Assembly: GCA_040389005.1 (NCBI GenBank)
Contig: JAZKAS010000032.1
Span: 17,738 to 49,737, forward strand
Length of the DNA stretch: 32,000 nucleotides
Source of the DNA: Pseudomonadota bacterium
GTDB taxonomy: Bacteria; Pseudomonadota; Gammaproteobacteria; JAGOUN01
Direction of reading: 5' to 3'
The notes under the pieces are model-generated. The model worked only from the letters and a program-made list of their open reading frames with translations. It was not told the DNA's origin and made no database searches. This document shows positions 9,198 through 17,903 of the stretch, piece by piece; the stretch's first letter is position 1, and each line of letters opens with the position of its first letter. A program made the translations under genes and the position numbers.

Positions 9198-9395
9198 ATG
9201 CATACCACTTGAGCCCTATCACTAATCTTTTATGAATCACAGTTTTTCATTCGCGATTCGCGAATTACGAATGAAAAATATTCAAGATTCAAGAATCCTG
9301 AATATTCATGCGATCAATAGAGCAAAAAATGAATGGCTTTTAGCCTGAGCTCTCACCCCGCAAGCTACTTGCTACTCTGCTGAGTAGTAATCAAA

Positions 9396-10109
9396 TCAAA
9401 CTTGAGTTGACCGCTCTGGAACTCTCTTGATCCTTTTTTGAGAGTGAAGGCTTATTTTTAACTCAGGGAAATTTTCAGGTAAAGTATCGATGCCATCCAA
9501 TAAGTTTGCCATAAATTCATTGGCTTTACTCTCTTGCAAAGAGTATCCCTCCCCCACTGAATGTCCATATGAATTTCCATCGACAATAGACGTTCTAAAT
9601 TTTTTGATAAAAGCAGATGTTTCTCTGCCAAAAAGAAAATAGCTTTTTCTCCAAATAAAATCAATTTCTTTTATGAGATCATCTTTCCACGTCTTATATG
9701 ATGCCACAGAATTTACTTGATCATTGCTAGGATGATAGTAATCCCATAGCACTTTATCTATTACAGAAAACACTTCATATCTTTTTTCAAACAGGTCCTT
9801 ATTGTAATTTGCTTCATCAAGCTTGTACTTAAGCGCAACAAATATTGAACCATAGGATGAAGCCAATAAGGTAAAAGCCCAAACCTCACGATAGCAACAT
9901 GATAAAATAATTGTTATTATAAAAAAAGAAACTGTGACAAGCATTGGGTCTGTTTTAAAAGGATTCCTACAAACCCAGTTTTTTACAGTAAAAAATATTT
10001 CTTTAGCTTTACTATCGAAACGACATTGCCAAGATAGACATAGCTCACTCACCCCTCCTATACCAGCAATTTTTCCAGTATTATTGCATTTTCTACATTC
10101 CCAACACAT
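9396..10109 (-). CDS. Cys-cluster (zinc-ribbon-like) protein with two transmembrane helices and a soluble C-terminal domain
   Basis: The ORF in the track starts at TTG 10133. The ATG at 10109 has GAGGAAAGG just upstream and is preferred. The N-terminus reads MCWECRKCNNTGKI...C...C. TM segments are MLVTVSFFIITIILSCCY and VWAFTLLASSYGSIFVALKY. It begins 38 bp after the upstream gene stop, which suggests an operon. Confidence 0.6.
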   Translation of the reverse strand: MCWECRKCNNTGKIAGIGGVSELCLSWQCRFDSKAKEIFFTVKNWVCRNPFKTDPMLVTVSFFIITIILSCCYREVWAFTLLASSYGSIFVALKYKLDEANYNKDLFEKRYEVFSVIDKVLWDYYHPSNDQVNSVASYKTWKDDLIKEIDFIWRKSYFLFGRETSAFIKKFRTSIVDGNSYGHSVGEGYSLQESKANEFMANLLDGIDTLPENFPELKISLHSQKRIKRVPERSTQV

Positions 10110-10146
10110 ATTCCTTTCCTCTTTAACGAGCAAGCTACTTAAGATC

Positions 10147-10959
10147 TCATTTTTTTATTACATTAGCATGCTCAGGTAAGAGTACTGCCGCAGTTTTGAA
10201 CTGGATACACTCCAATTGTGCAATAGAAAAATCAGTTTTACTATTTAAACTAAGCGCATGACTACAAATATAAGAAGCAACATCCGCAATTTGTAGCATT
10301 GATGAACCATCTGCTTTTACAATATGAGGAGAAAATGGTTTCACTGCACTTCCAGTATCATAGAAACCCGAACACCAATTATGAGCTTGCCTACGTTTCT
10401 TACCAATAAATTTTGCTTTTGTTGCGTTGTGAGAGACAGTTACTTCGCATTCTTCAAATAAAGGCCCGTGCGAACGATCAATAAAACATGCTTGTGCTAA
10501 CAAGCCGTGAAGCCCTTGTGGTGTAGGAGTAATCAAAAGCTCACAATCCAGGTTAGTATCAGAGCTTGGAAAAGTATAAACATTTTTGCATTTTTCATGA
10601 TCACAGTAAGCATATTTAATAAAGATAGGGATTCTGTTGATTATAGCAACAACTCCTTTTACTAGATCAAAAACATCTTTCTCGCCCAGATGAGCTAATC
10701 CAACCTTTTTTCTATTGTCACCACTGAATATATCCTTACAATGCAAAATGGTTGAAGCTGGAATTCTATAAAATTTTTTCAGTTCCGCAAGCCTGAACTC
10801 TAAATTAGACAAATAGTTTTTACCAATAATAGCAAAAGCATATATTAAAAGGTTATTAACCTGACTTTCATCTCCATATGCCAAATATACTGCTTGATTT
10901 TCTGTGTTAATTGCGTGAACTCCAAAAGTAGCGATAGATAAAGTAGCCTTAAAAAACAA
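10147..10959 (-). CDS. DUF3800-like protein
   Basis: Three motifs I associate with DUF3800 appear in order: N-terminal YLAYGDES, mid ILHCKDIF and C-terminal MLQIADVASYI. The start codon (TTG) is uncertain. Confidence 0.55.
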   Translation of the reverse strand: MFFKATLSIATFGVHAINTENQAVYLAYGDESQVNNLLIYAFAIIGKNYLSNLEFRLAELKKFYRIPASTILHCKDIFSGDNRKKVGLAHLGEKDVFDLVKGVVAIINRIPIFIKYAYCDHEKCKNVYTFPSSDTNLDCELLITPTPQGLHGLLAQACFIDRSHGPLFEECEVTVSHNATKAKFIGKKRRQAHNWCSGFYDTGSAVKPFSPHIVKADGSSMLQIADVASYICSHALSLNSKTDFSIAQLECIQFKTAAVLLPEHANVIKK

Positions 10960-11074
10960 TAAAAATTTTGAAAATATGTGGGGATAACTTATAAAGTTTC
11001 AATAGGCAAAGGTTCGAGCCAAAGCTAGCGAAAAAGAAGGAGGGATACTTCTAGAAGGTTACGCGACAAAAAAA

Positions 11075-11368
11075 TTAAAGCTGTTTTAAAATAGTCAATT
11101 GCTCGACTTTTTTAAGGCGGCTAAATTTCAAGATTAACAATGCTAACTCTTCCGACTCCGCATAAAAATAAGCAGCTGGCACCTTTAACGCTGTCGCAAT
11201 TCGTTTAAGCGTATGATAATCAGGCGTGTGCCTGCCCTTCTCATAATGATTCATCCGAGCGCTAGCTGAAAACTCATCCATACCTGCAGCAATACCCAGC
11301 TGCTTTTGAGACAGCTCAGCAGCTTTACGAGCTTCTTTAAGTCTTTTGCAGAGAGGAGAATCGGCCAT
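11075..11368 (-). CDS. XRE-family helix-turn-helix transcriptional regulator
   Basis: RLKEARKAAELSQKQLGIAAGMD...MNHYEKGRHTPDYHTLKRIATALKVPAAYFY is a canonical HTH_3 (Cro/C1) pattern. The gene is divergent from the helicase gene. Confidence 0.85.
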   Translation of the reverse strand: MADSPLCKRLKEARKAAELSQKQLGIAAGMDEFSASARMNHYEKGRHTPDYHTLKRIATALKVPAAYFYAESEELALLILKFSRLKKVEQLTILKQL

Positions 11369-11547
11369 TTATTGTACAAAAATAGTTCTTTAATATACTT
11401 AGAGAATCTATGTTTTTTGCACCCTCAGATACTTAGGATTCCTATACTTTTTTGTCAGCTCAATATATAGTTGCAACCAATTAATTTCCGGAAATAACTT
11501 CTGGCGGCAAATAAGAATATCAGTGGCAAAATCAAGGAGATAAAGAA

Positions 11548-14505
11548 GTGAAAATTCAACTACACGATGTGATAAAAAATGCACAGTGTTGGGATGACGT
11601 TTATCAGGAACTTTCAAAGTACAACGCAAAAGCTAGCCCTCATTCAAAGAAAAAAAGTGTGGCAGGAAAGCTATTTGAAGAGTTTTGCGAATACTATTAT
11701 AAAGCTGAGCCTTCCGAAATACATAGTTACAAAAGCGTTAATCTCTTTAAAGATACTCATAGCAAAATTATAGAAAGGCTTAAGTTAGGAAAAGTAGAAC
11801 ACGGCATAGATTTAATTTTAGAAAGTCATGAGGGTGAACTATCTGCTGTTCAATGTAAATTTACAAACGACCAAAACTCAAATGTGAGTTGGAGCAGAAA
11901 CAAGATTGCCAATTTATTTGCCGAGGGTGATTTGGGTGATTATTTTGTAGTTTTTACTAATGCAGCAAACATTGATCGACACAGCTTGACCAAGAAGCCA
12001 GGCAAACTCAAAGTCATTACTTTTAATACATTATCTCAACTATCCTCTGAAACACTTGAAAATATCAAGCGCTTAGCTGAAAAGAAGAAGCCCATTCCGC
12101 ATAAACCCTATGAGCCTAGAGACCATCAAAAACAAGCAATACAAGCCGTAATCAATGGATTCGAGAAATCAGACAGAGGGCAATTAATTTTACCCTGTGG
12201 CGCAGGTAAAACACTTACTGCCCTATGGATTAAAGACGCATTGGATGCAAAACGCACGATTGTATTACTCCCTTCGCTAGCTCTATTACGTCAGATCAAA
12301 AAGGAATGGCAAGAAAATCAAACCCATCATATTGCAAGTATTTGTGTCTGTTCTGAATCTGATATTAGCAATGAGGAAGATTGCATACAAGATAACCTAT
12401 ACGAAATAAGCGGTAAAGTTTCTACCAACCCCGATGAAATAAGAACTTGGCTGAGCCATCATGAAGAGTGTATTGTTTTTTCTACGTACCAAAGTTTAGA
12501 GGCTGTCTGTGACGCCGTTAGATCAACTTCAGTAGTTTTTGATTTAGCGATTTGTGACGAAGCACATAAAACAACAGGAGGAAAAAACAATCAATTCACT
12601 TTGATTCATTCTAACGATAATTTGCCTGTCAAAACACGTCTTTACATGACAGCGACCCCTCGTGTCGTTACTGGCGGTCTTAAAAATGTAAAAAATGATG
12701 ACATCCGTTATCTTTATGATATGAGCAATCCTAAATATTTTGGCCCCGAATTTTATTACATGAGTTTTAAGCAAGCTATAGATAGTAATATTCTTGTTGA
12801 TTATCAAATTATTGCTATCGGAATTGGTGACCAAGAATTGGCTGAAGCCATAAAGCAACGAAAATATGTAACTAACTACAGTACACTTGATGAAGTTGCC
12901 AATAATTTTGCGCTTGAAAAAATGATGCAAATGCATGGCCCTACTCATGCTTTAACATTTCATTCATCAGTATCAAAAGCCGGGGCATTTAAAAAGCGGC
13001 ATTGTGAAATATTTCCCCTAATAAAAACGGATCATGTCAATGGAAATATGACTACTAATGAAAGAGAAAAGCGCCTTCGTGAATTTAAAGCAGAAGAAAA
13101 AGCCGTCATGACTAATGCGCGTTGTTTAACCGAGGGGGTAGATGTGCCAGCAATTGATGTTGTTTACTTTTGCGACCCTAAGAATTCGAAAATTGACATT
13201 GTGCAAGCAGCAGGAAGAGCACTTAGAAAAGCAGATAATAAAAAAATAGGCTATATAGTAGTTCCAATTTTTCACACAGAGAGAGGCAGCCTAGATGAGG
13301 TTATTCAGTCAGGCCCGTTCAAAAATCTTATTAATGTAATTAGATCGCTCTCGGCTCACGATGATCGACTAGTCGCTGAAATTAATAATATTAAAAGCCA
13401 ACTAGGTAAACAAAAAACAAATACTCAACATTTTTTTATTGAATCTACAGAGAAAGTAATAACCATTATTGGGTTTGAACAGGCTCTTCAAGAAGCCTTA
13501 TTTGATCAAATTGTGAATAAAATTAAAGTGCCTTGGAGAAATTTTGTTGAAGCGAATGAATTTGCACGTAGCTTACGCTTGAAAAATGTAGATGCTTGGA
13601 AAGCTTATTGCAACACTGGAGAAAAGCCAATAGATATTCCTGAGTATCCTCAAGATATTTATAAAACTTGCGGGTGGTCAACTTGGGGCGATTGGTTGGG
13701 CACAGGGGTTGTTGCCAATCAAAATAGAAACTATAGAACCTTTTATGACGCCAGAGATTTTGCTCGTAGTTTAAATTTAGAAGGACTACAAGCCTGGCAA
13801 TCCTATTCCAAAGGAGGAAGTAGGCCAGCTGACATCCATTCACTACCATCTCGATATTATAAAGACAAAGGTTGGATCTCCTGGGGAGATTGGTTGGGCA
13901 ATGGAAACGTCGCTAATTGCAATAAAAAATTTAAACCATTTGAGGAAGCGCGTGAATTTGCTCGTAGTTTACACTTGGAGAATGGAAAAGCATGGAAAAT
14001 TTACTATACAACTCACTCTATACCAATAGATATTCCTGAATACCCTGATGATATTTACAAAAATAAAGGTTGGATATCATGGGGAGACTGGCTGGGCAAT
14101 GGGAACGTCGCTAATTTCAATAAAAAATTTAGGCCATTTGAGGAAGCACGTGAATTTGCCCGCAGTTTACGTTTAGAAAATCGCAATGCTTGGGAAGCTT
14201 ACTCTAAGAGCGGCAACTTACCCGCAGACATTCCTGCCAGCCCTCGAGGATTTTATATAGATCAGGGTTGGATATCATGGGGAGATTGGTTGGGCAATAG
14301 TAACGTTGCTAATTCCAATAAAAAATTTAGGCCATTTGAGAAAGCGCGTGAATTTGCCCGCAGTTTATATTTAGAAAATCGTAATGCTTGGGAAGCCTAC
14401 TCTAAGAGCGGCAACCTACCCGCAGACATTCCTGCCAGCCCTCGAGGATTTTATATAGATCAAGGCTGGATATCCTGGGGAGATTGGTTGGGAAAATTTA
14501 GTTAA
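11548..14505 (+). CDS. Mrr-like PD-(D/E)xK nuclease + SF2 DEAH helicase + five C-terminal 66-aa repeats
   Basis: GTG start with AAGGAG about 8 nt upstream. The Mrr_cat-like motif is HGIDLILESHEGELSAVQCKF. Helicase motifs are RDHQKQAI, LILPCGAGKTLTAL, ICDEAHKTTG, YMTATP, TEGVDVP and QAAGRALR. The repeats follow the pattern F.PFEEAREFARSL.L......W..Y.......P.DIP..P...Y...GWISWGDWLG. Confidence 0.85.
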   Translation: MKIQLHDVIKNAQCWDDVYQELSKYNAKASPHSKKKSVAGKLFEEFCEYYYKAEPSEIHSYKSVNLFKDTHSKIIERLKLGKVEHGIDLILESHEGELSAVQCKFTNDQNSNVSWSRNKIANLFAEGDLGDYFVVFTNAANIDRHSLTKKPGKLKVITFNTLSQLSSETLENIKRLAEKKKPIPHKPYEPRDHQKQAIQAVINGFEKSDRGQLILPCGAGKTLTALWIKDALDAKRTIVLLPSLALLRQIKKEWQENQTHHIASICVCSESDISNEEDCIQDNLYEISGKVSTNPDEIRTWLSHHEECIVFSTYQSLEAVCDAVRSTSVVFDLAICDEAHKTTGGKNNQFTLIHSNDNLPVKTRLYMTATPRVVTGGLKNVKNDDIRYLYDMSNPKYFGPEFYYMSFKQAIDSNILVDYQIIAIGIGDQELAEAIKQRKYVTNYSTLDEVANNFALEKMMQMHGPTHALTFHSSVSKAGAFKKRHCEIFPLIKTDHVNGNMTTNEREKRLREFKAEEKAVMTNARCLTEGVDVPAIDVVYFCDPKNSKIDIVQAAGRALRKADNKKIGYIVVPIFHTERGSLDEVIQSGPFKNLINVIRSLSAHDDRLVAEINNIKSQLGKQKTNTQHFFIESTEKVITIIGFEQALQEALFDQIVNKIKVPWRNFVEANEFARSLRLKNVDAWKAYCNTGEKPIDIPEYPQDIYKTCGWSTWGDWLGTGVVANQNRNYRTFYDARDFARSLNLEGLQAWQSYSKGGSRPADIHSLPSRYYKDKGWISWGDWLGNGNVANCNKKFKPFEEAREFARSLHLENGKAWKIYYTTHSIPIDIPEYPDDIYKNKGWISWGDWLGNGNVANFNKKFRPFEEAREFARSLRLENRNAWEAYSKSGNLPADIPASPRGFYIDQGWISWGDWLGNSNVANSNKKFRPFEKAREFARSLYLENRNAWEAYSKSGNLPADIPASPRGFYIDQGWISWGDWLGKFS
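13534..14505 (+). repeat. five in-phase tandem 198-bp repeats (last unit shortened by the stop codon)
   Basis: Unit starts fall at 13534, 13732, 13930, 14128 and 14326, an exact 198-bp period. By eye units 4 and 5 differ at only about a dozen positions; units 1-3 are progressively more diverged. Confidence 0.9.
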
Positions 14506-14528
14506 AATTGCCTGCCCTCTGCGGCGGG

Positions 14529-14948
14529 TTAAGCTTTCATAATTCGCTCATAAGCCCTCATTGCTTCGATCGGATCAGTAACCGTAAGTTTTAGCGGAGC
14601 AGCTATATTGGGCTGCTCTGTAATGAATTTTTTAAGTCGATCCGCCTCGTCTATATTTAAACGACCATCCAACACTGCCTGCATTATCTCATCATTTAAT
14701 TTGGCAATGCCTTTGTTGTCTAATTTTGCCGGTAATTCAATATCCAAAGGCTCATACTTCGTCTTAGGAATTAATCGCTCGATGCAAAGGCGAAGAGCTG
14801 TGCTATCACCTTCTAGCGCAAGCTCAATTGTTTTGCTAATTAACTCTTCCGCATGCGGTTCTAATAAATTTGCCAATCGCACTCGTCTACTGACTGCGCC
14901 TTTTGGTCGGCCATTAGGATTGCCTGATTTTCCAACTTTAAATGTCAT
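14529..14948 (-). CDS. DUF5681-like phage/island protein
   Basis: The N-terminal KSGNPNGRPKG motif is characteristic of DUF5681-type phage-associated proteins (from memory). The gene converges on the helicase gene. Confidence 0.5.
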   Translation of the reverse strand: MTFKVGKSGNPNGRPKGAVSRRVRLANLLEPHAEELISKTIELALEGDSTALRLCIERLIPKTKYEPLDIELPAKLDNKGIAKLNDEIMQAVLDGRLNIDEADRLKKFITEQPNIAAPLKLTVTDPIEAMRAYERIMKA

Positions 14949-15012
14949 TCTTGTTTTCCTATTGTTTTTTACAAGTAAATTTATTTTCTATAATGAAATA
15001 TTATGGTTAAAA

Positions 15013-15084
15013 CCATGTCTTAATGTCTTGCAAGTCTTTAAAAAAGACTATTTTAAAAGACATGAAGACATGTAAGACATTGGT
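15013..15084. promoter_or_regulatory. heptamer array forming a 70-bp dyad (operator, structured RNA or terminator)
   Basis: ATGTCTT occurs at 15015 and 15023 and AGTCTT at 15033. These face AAGAC at 15044 and AAGACAT at 15057, 15065 and 15074. The array is flanked by AACCATG / CATTGGTT, with the dyad centre near 15047. It lies in the gap between the primase stop and the DUF5681 start. Confidence 0.55.
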
Positions 15085-15088
15085 TCGT

Positions 15089-17473
15089 TTAATAACTACA
15101 AGATTTTATCTCCCACCATATATAACTTCCTCTTTTCCCAAGGCTTTTACATCCGATGCCCAGCTGGCGTAACGCTGGAGCCACTCTCCGCAAGGCATCC
15201 GCGAAGCCTTTTGCTGTGCGCGGCCAACTATCAACACCTAGTGGTCTTTTCTGTTCTACTTTTACAAATAAATCTTTTATAGGCATGGTTATTGTTCGCT
15301 TATTTTCTGTTTCAAATAATTCAATTAATGCCGATGCAACTGGACTGGCGTCAATAGTTCTCACAATAGATTCTTCTCTGCTCTTATTGAACTCCTTTAG
15401 AAATTCTTCTGTGGATTTACCCATAACATTAGCTACCGCCATGCCAAAACGAGCAAACTCAGCTAAGCGAGTACGATTATTTTCAGGTAATTTCATTTCA
15501 GGTAAACACGCAAGTGATTGAGAAAAAATAGTTAACAAAGCTCCAAATAAATTGGAATACTCTGTTTCAAAAATACGCCAAAGCTCAGTCATTTCAACTC
15601 GATGTTGAATTTCTGGAGTTTCAACAGATATCGTCCGATCAATTAAATCTTGCGCTGTTATTGCAGCGCTAATTCCATTTAATACGATAGGACGTTTTAC
15701 TACTAATACAGATTCTTCAGCATCGCTATATAATTTTCTTTTAGCGTGTCCGCCACCTGTAGATAAAATACATAAAGCATCTTGTACTGGCGCAGCAAGA
15801 TGGCTGATATTTTCATAGCTCACAAGCCAATTAATACCCGCGCTAACAAAAATGTCATCTGTCGTTTTAGGAGCGCCTCTCAAATTACAACCGTTAGGAT
15901 CAATTAATTGTCTTAACATGCTTTGTGTTGTGCTTTTTGCGCTACCTTGCTCACCGATCAACTCTAATATGGGAAAAGGAGTATCTGGTCTCAGACAATC
16001 AATTAACCATGTAATCACTAATAGCCTGCTGTTTTCGGGGATATTTATAATTGACCAAAGCTTAGAGATGTCTGGGCCGCGAGTAGGTTCTGGCAAAGGT
16101 CTCAATGTTTCTGGGCGTATAAACCTAACAGGAGGATTATTTATTATTTGCCAGTTTCCAGCAGTAATACTGATCGCCCTGCTCTGATCATTTTCTCCTA
16201 AATCAATGTAATAAACATCTTCATATTGTGCAACACGAATATAAACATCATGACATTCACCTTTATGTCTGGCAATTCCGTTAAGAGTAGTCATCGCTTC
16301 ACGTAGCGATTGATCACGAACTGATTTTCCAGTGGATTCATAAAACTTAGCAACTAACCAATTTTTAAATGACTTTCCATCCAGCCTTCGCGCTTCTTGC
16401 GTTGCTATGTCTCGAGCGTAGGTGTCAGAATTTTTGTCATGAAAAAGCTCTACTCTTTGCTCTACAAATTTGACTAATGTAGATGACTGGCTTTGTTTGT
16501 TATCATGGCTTTCTTCCTGAATTTTATTTTCAGGTTCTTTGGTGTTTTCTAGCAAATTTTTTAATAAACTGGCGCCAAATTCTTGTAAATAGTCATTCAC
16601 GTCATAATTGGATGGCTTATCAAGAGGAAGTTCGACCCATCGACTTGAAGTAATAGAAGCGATTTCAACTGCATCATCTTCCTTGCCGCGATCTGGAACA
16701 ATAATTAATTGAGCAATAGGATATTTTTTACGTAATACCTGAGTTACTTTTCTAATGCGATGAGCGCCAAAACATACAATAGCCGCCTCTCCTATTGCTT
16801 CATTAACAGCCCAAGCTTGGCCAATACCTTCACAAATATAAATACGATTTTTTATTTCTCCTACTGCAAAAAAACCATCATTAAATTTTGCGCCGGGTAA
16901 ATTAAGTTTTTGGCTACCATCACGAGGAATAAATTGGAGGGTTTGTATTTTATCCTCGCTATAACATGGAACCACTAAAAAACCTTCAACGCTTTTTCCA
17001 CAAACTTCATAATAAGGTGCGTCAGCAGGATACACTCTTAATCCATCGCTTTTACCTTGTTTACATTGGATGTAAGGTTCGCTCAATGTCGCAGGTACGC
17101 AAAGCTGCCAAATTTTAGCAGCAGTTTCATTTTCATATTGAACGGCTGTTGAAGGCATTTTATTTTGCTGCTCTATATCAACGCGTGATGATATATGCTC
17201 AGCCAGATAATCGTTCGGCCGTTGCCAACCTTCATCAGTTGCAAGTTTATAAAGCGTTCCTACAGTAATAGGACCATCGGCTTTAAATGAATCCCAAGTA
17301 TTTTTGCAATCATCTTCACTAACATAGTTATGCCCTCCTTCACTCCAAGAGTGAAAAGCTTCAAATGTTAGTTCGGCAGATTTCGCAGCCATTCCGATGC
17401 GAACCCACTTTTCACGTGGGCAGGCAGGGTCTAAGAAATTTAGCGCGGAGTGCGCACATTCTATTTTATGCAT
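15089..17473 (-). CDS. island replication protein: PriCT-2 + Toprim + P-loop (primase-helicase, P4 alpha-like role)
   Basis: The N-terminus is PriCT-2-like (REKWVRIGMAAKSA...FHSWS...TVGTLYKLATDEGW). The Toprim-like segment is ICEGIGQAWAVNEA...IIVPDRGKEDDA. The Walker A-like motif is LIGEQGSAKSTT. Confidence 0.75.
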   Translation of the reverse strand: MHKIECAHSALNFLDPACPREKWVRIGMAAKSAELTFEAFHSWSEGGHNYVSEDDCKNTWDSFKADGPITVGTLYKLATDEGWQRPNDYLAEHISSRVDIEQQNKMPSTAVQYENETAAKIWQLCVPATLSEPYIQCKQGKSDGLRVYPADAPYYEVCGKSVEGFLVVPCYSEDKIQTLQFIPRDGSQKLNLPGAKFNDGFFAVGEIKNRIYICEGIGQAWAVNEAIGEAAIVCFGAHRIRKVTQVLRKKYPIAQLIIVPDRGKEDDAVEIASITSSRWVELPLDKPSNYDVNDYLQEFGASLLKNLLENTKEPENKIQEESHDNKQSQSSTLVKFVEQRVELFHDKNSDTYARDIATQEARRLDGKSFKNWLVAKFYESTGKSVRDQSLREAMTTLNGIARHKGECHDVYIRVAQYEDVYYIDLGENDQSRAISITAGNWQIINNPPVRFIRPETLRPLPEPTRGPDISKLWSIINIPENSRLLVITWLIDCLRPDTPFPILELIGEQGSAKSTTQSMLRQLIDPNGCNLRGAPKTTDDIFVSAGINWLVSYENISHLAAPVQDALCILSTGGGHAKRKLYSDAEESVLVVKRPIVLNGISAAITAQDLIDRTISVETPEIQHRVEMTELWRIFETEYSNLFGALLTIFSQSLACLPEMKLPENNRTRLAEFARFGMAVANVMGKSTEEFLKEFNKSREESIVRTIDASPVASALIELFETENKRTITMPIKDLFVKVEQKRPLGVDSWPRTAKGFADALRRVAPALRQLGIGCKSLGKRGSYIWWEIKSCSY

Positions 17474-17540
17474 AATATTTATCCTTAAATATTTATGATT
17501 AGTTGTTGTTGTGTTGTCTCAGAGAAGTGGTGTAAGAAGC

Positions 17541-17903
17541 TTAATGATGATTTATCAAGAAATTTGCCATTTCAGAAATATCACAACTGCCATTTTGCAA
17601 AGGTGCGTCATCTATCCATGGCGCTAAGCAAAGTCCCTGAATTTCCAATTGACTATCTATAAATGTAGGAAAAAAATTCCCAATACCTGTAAGCACTAAT
17701 ATTCCATTAATGGTGGGTATGAGCTGACATTCTTCATACGAATTATATTTAATACCTTTATTTCCCGCTTTAAGAAACAGATCTTTAGGCAGATATATCA
17801 TTTGAGTATATGTTTTCTTAGGCGTTGACTCTTCTTTTTTTCCAATCAAGCGGTAATGTTTATCATTAATTGGCGCAAGTTTACTTGTTATGTTATTTTT
17901 CAA
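17541..17903 (-). CDS. hypothetical protein (120 aa)
   Basis: The ORF overlaps the alpA stop by 4 bp (17900-17903), suggesting translational coupling. No family recognised. Confidence 0.5.
   Translation of the reverse strand: MKNNITSKLAPINDKHYRLIGKKEESTPKKTYTQMIYLPKDLFLKAGNKGIKYNSYEECQLIPTINGILVLTGIGNFFPTFIDSQLEIQGLCLAPWIDDAPLQNGSCDISEMANFLINHH

Noticed and set aside
11408-11629. A 73-aa minus-strand ORF lies in the XRE/helicase divergent region.
   Set aside because: It overlaps the RBS and the first 27 codons of the helicase gene and has no RBS of its own. The region is better explained as a divergent promoter.
8093-14505. The tandem repeat arrays at 8.1-8.7 kb and 13.5-14.5 kb were considered as possible CRISPR arrays.
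   Set aside because: Both lie inside long ORFs and their periods are multiples of 3 (105-126 bp and 198 bp). The units are contiguous, with no unique spacers, and no cas genes are present. They are protein-coding domain repeats.
14506-14528. A bidirectional terminator was expected between the convergent helicase and DUF5681 genes.
   Set aside because: The 23-bp gap (GCCTGCCCTCTGCGGCGGG) does not form a clean stem of more than 4-5 bp when paired by hand, so it is not called.
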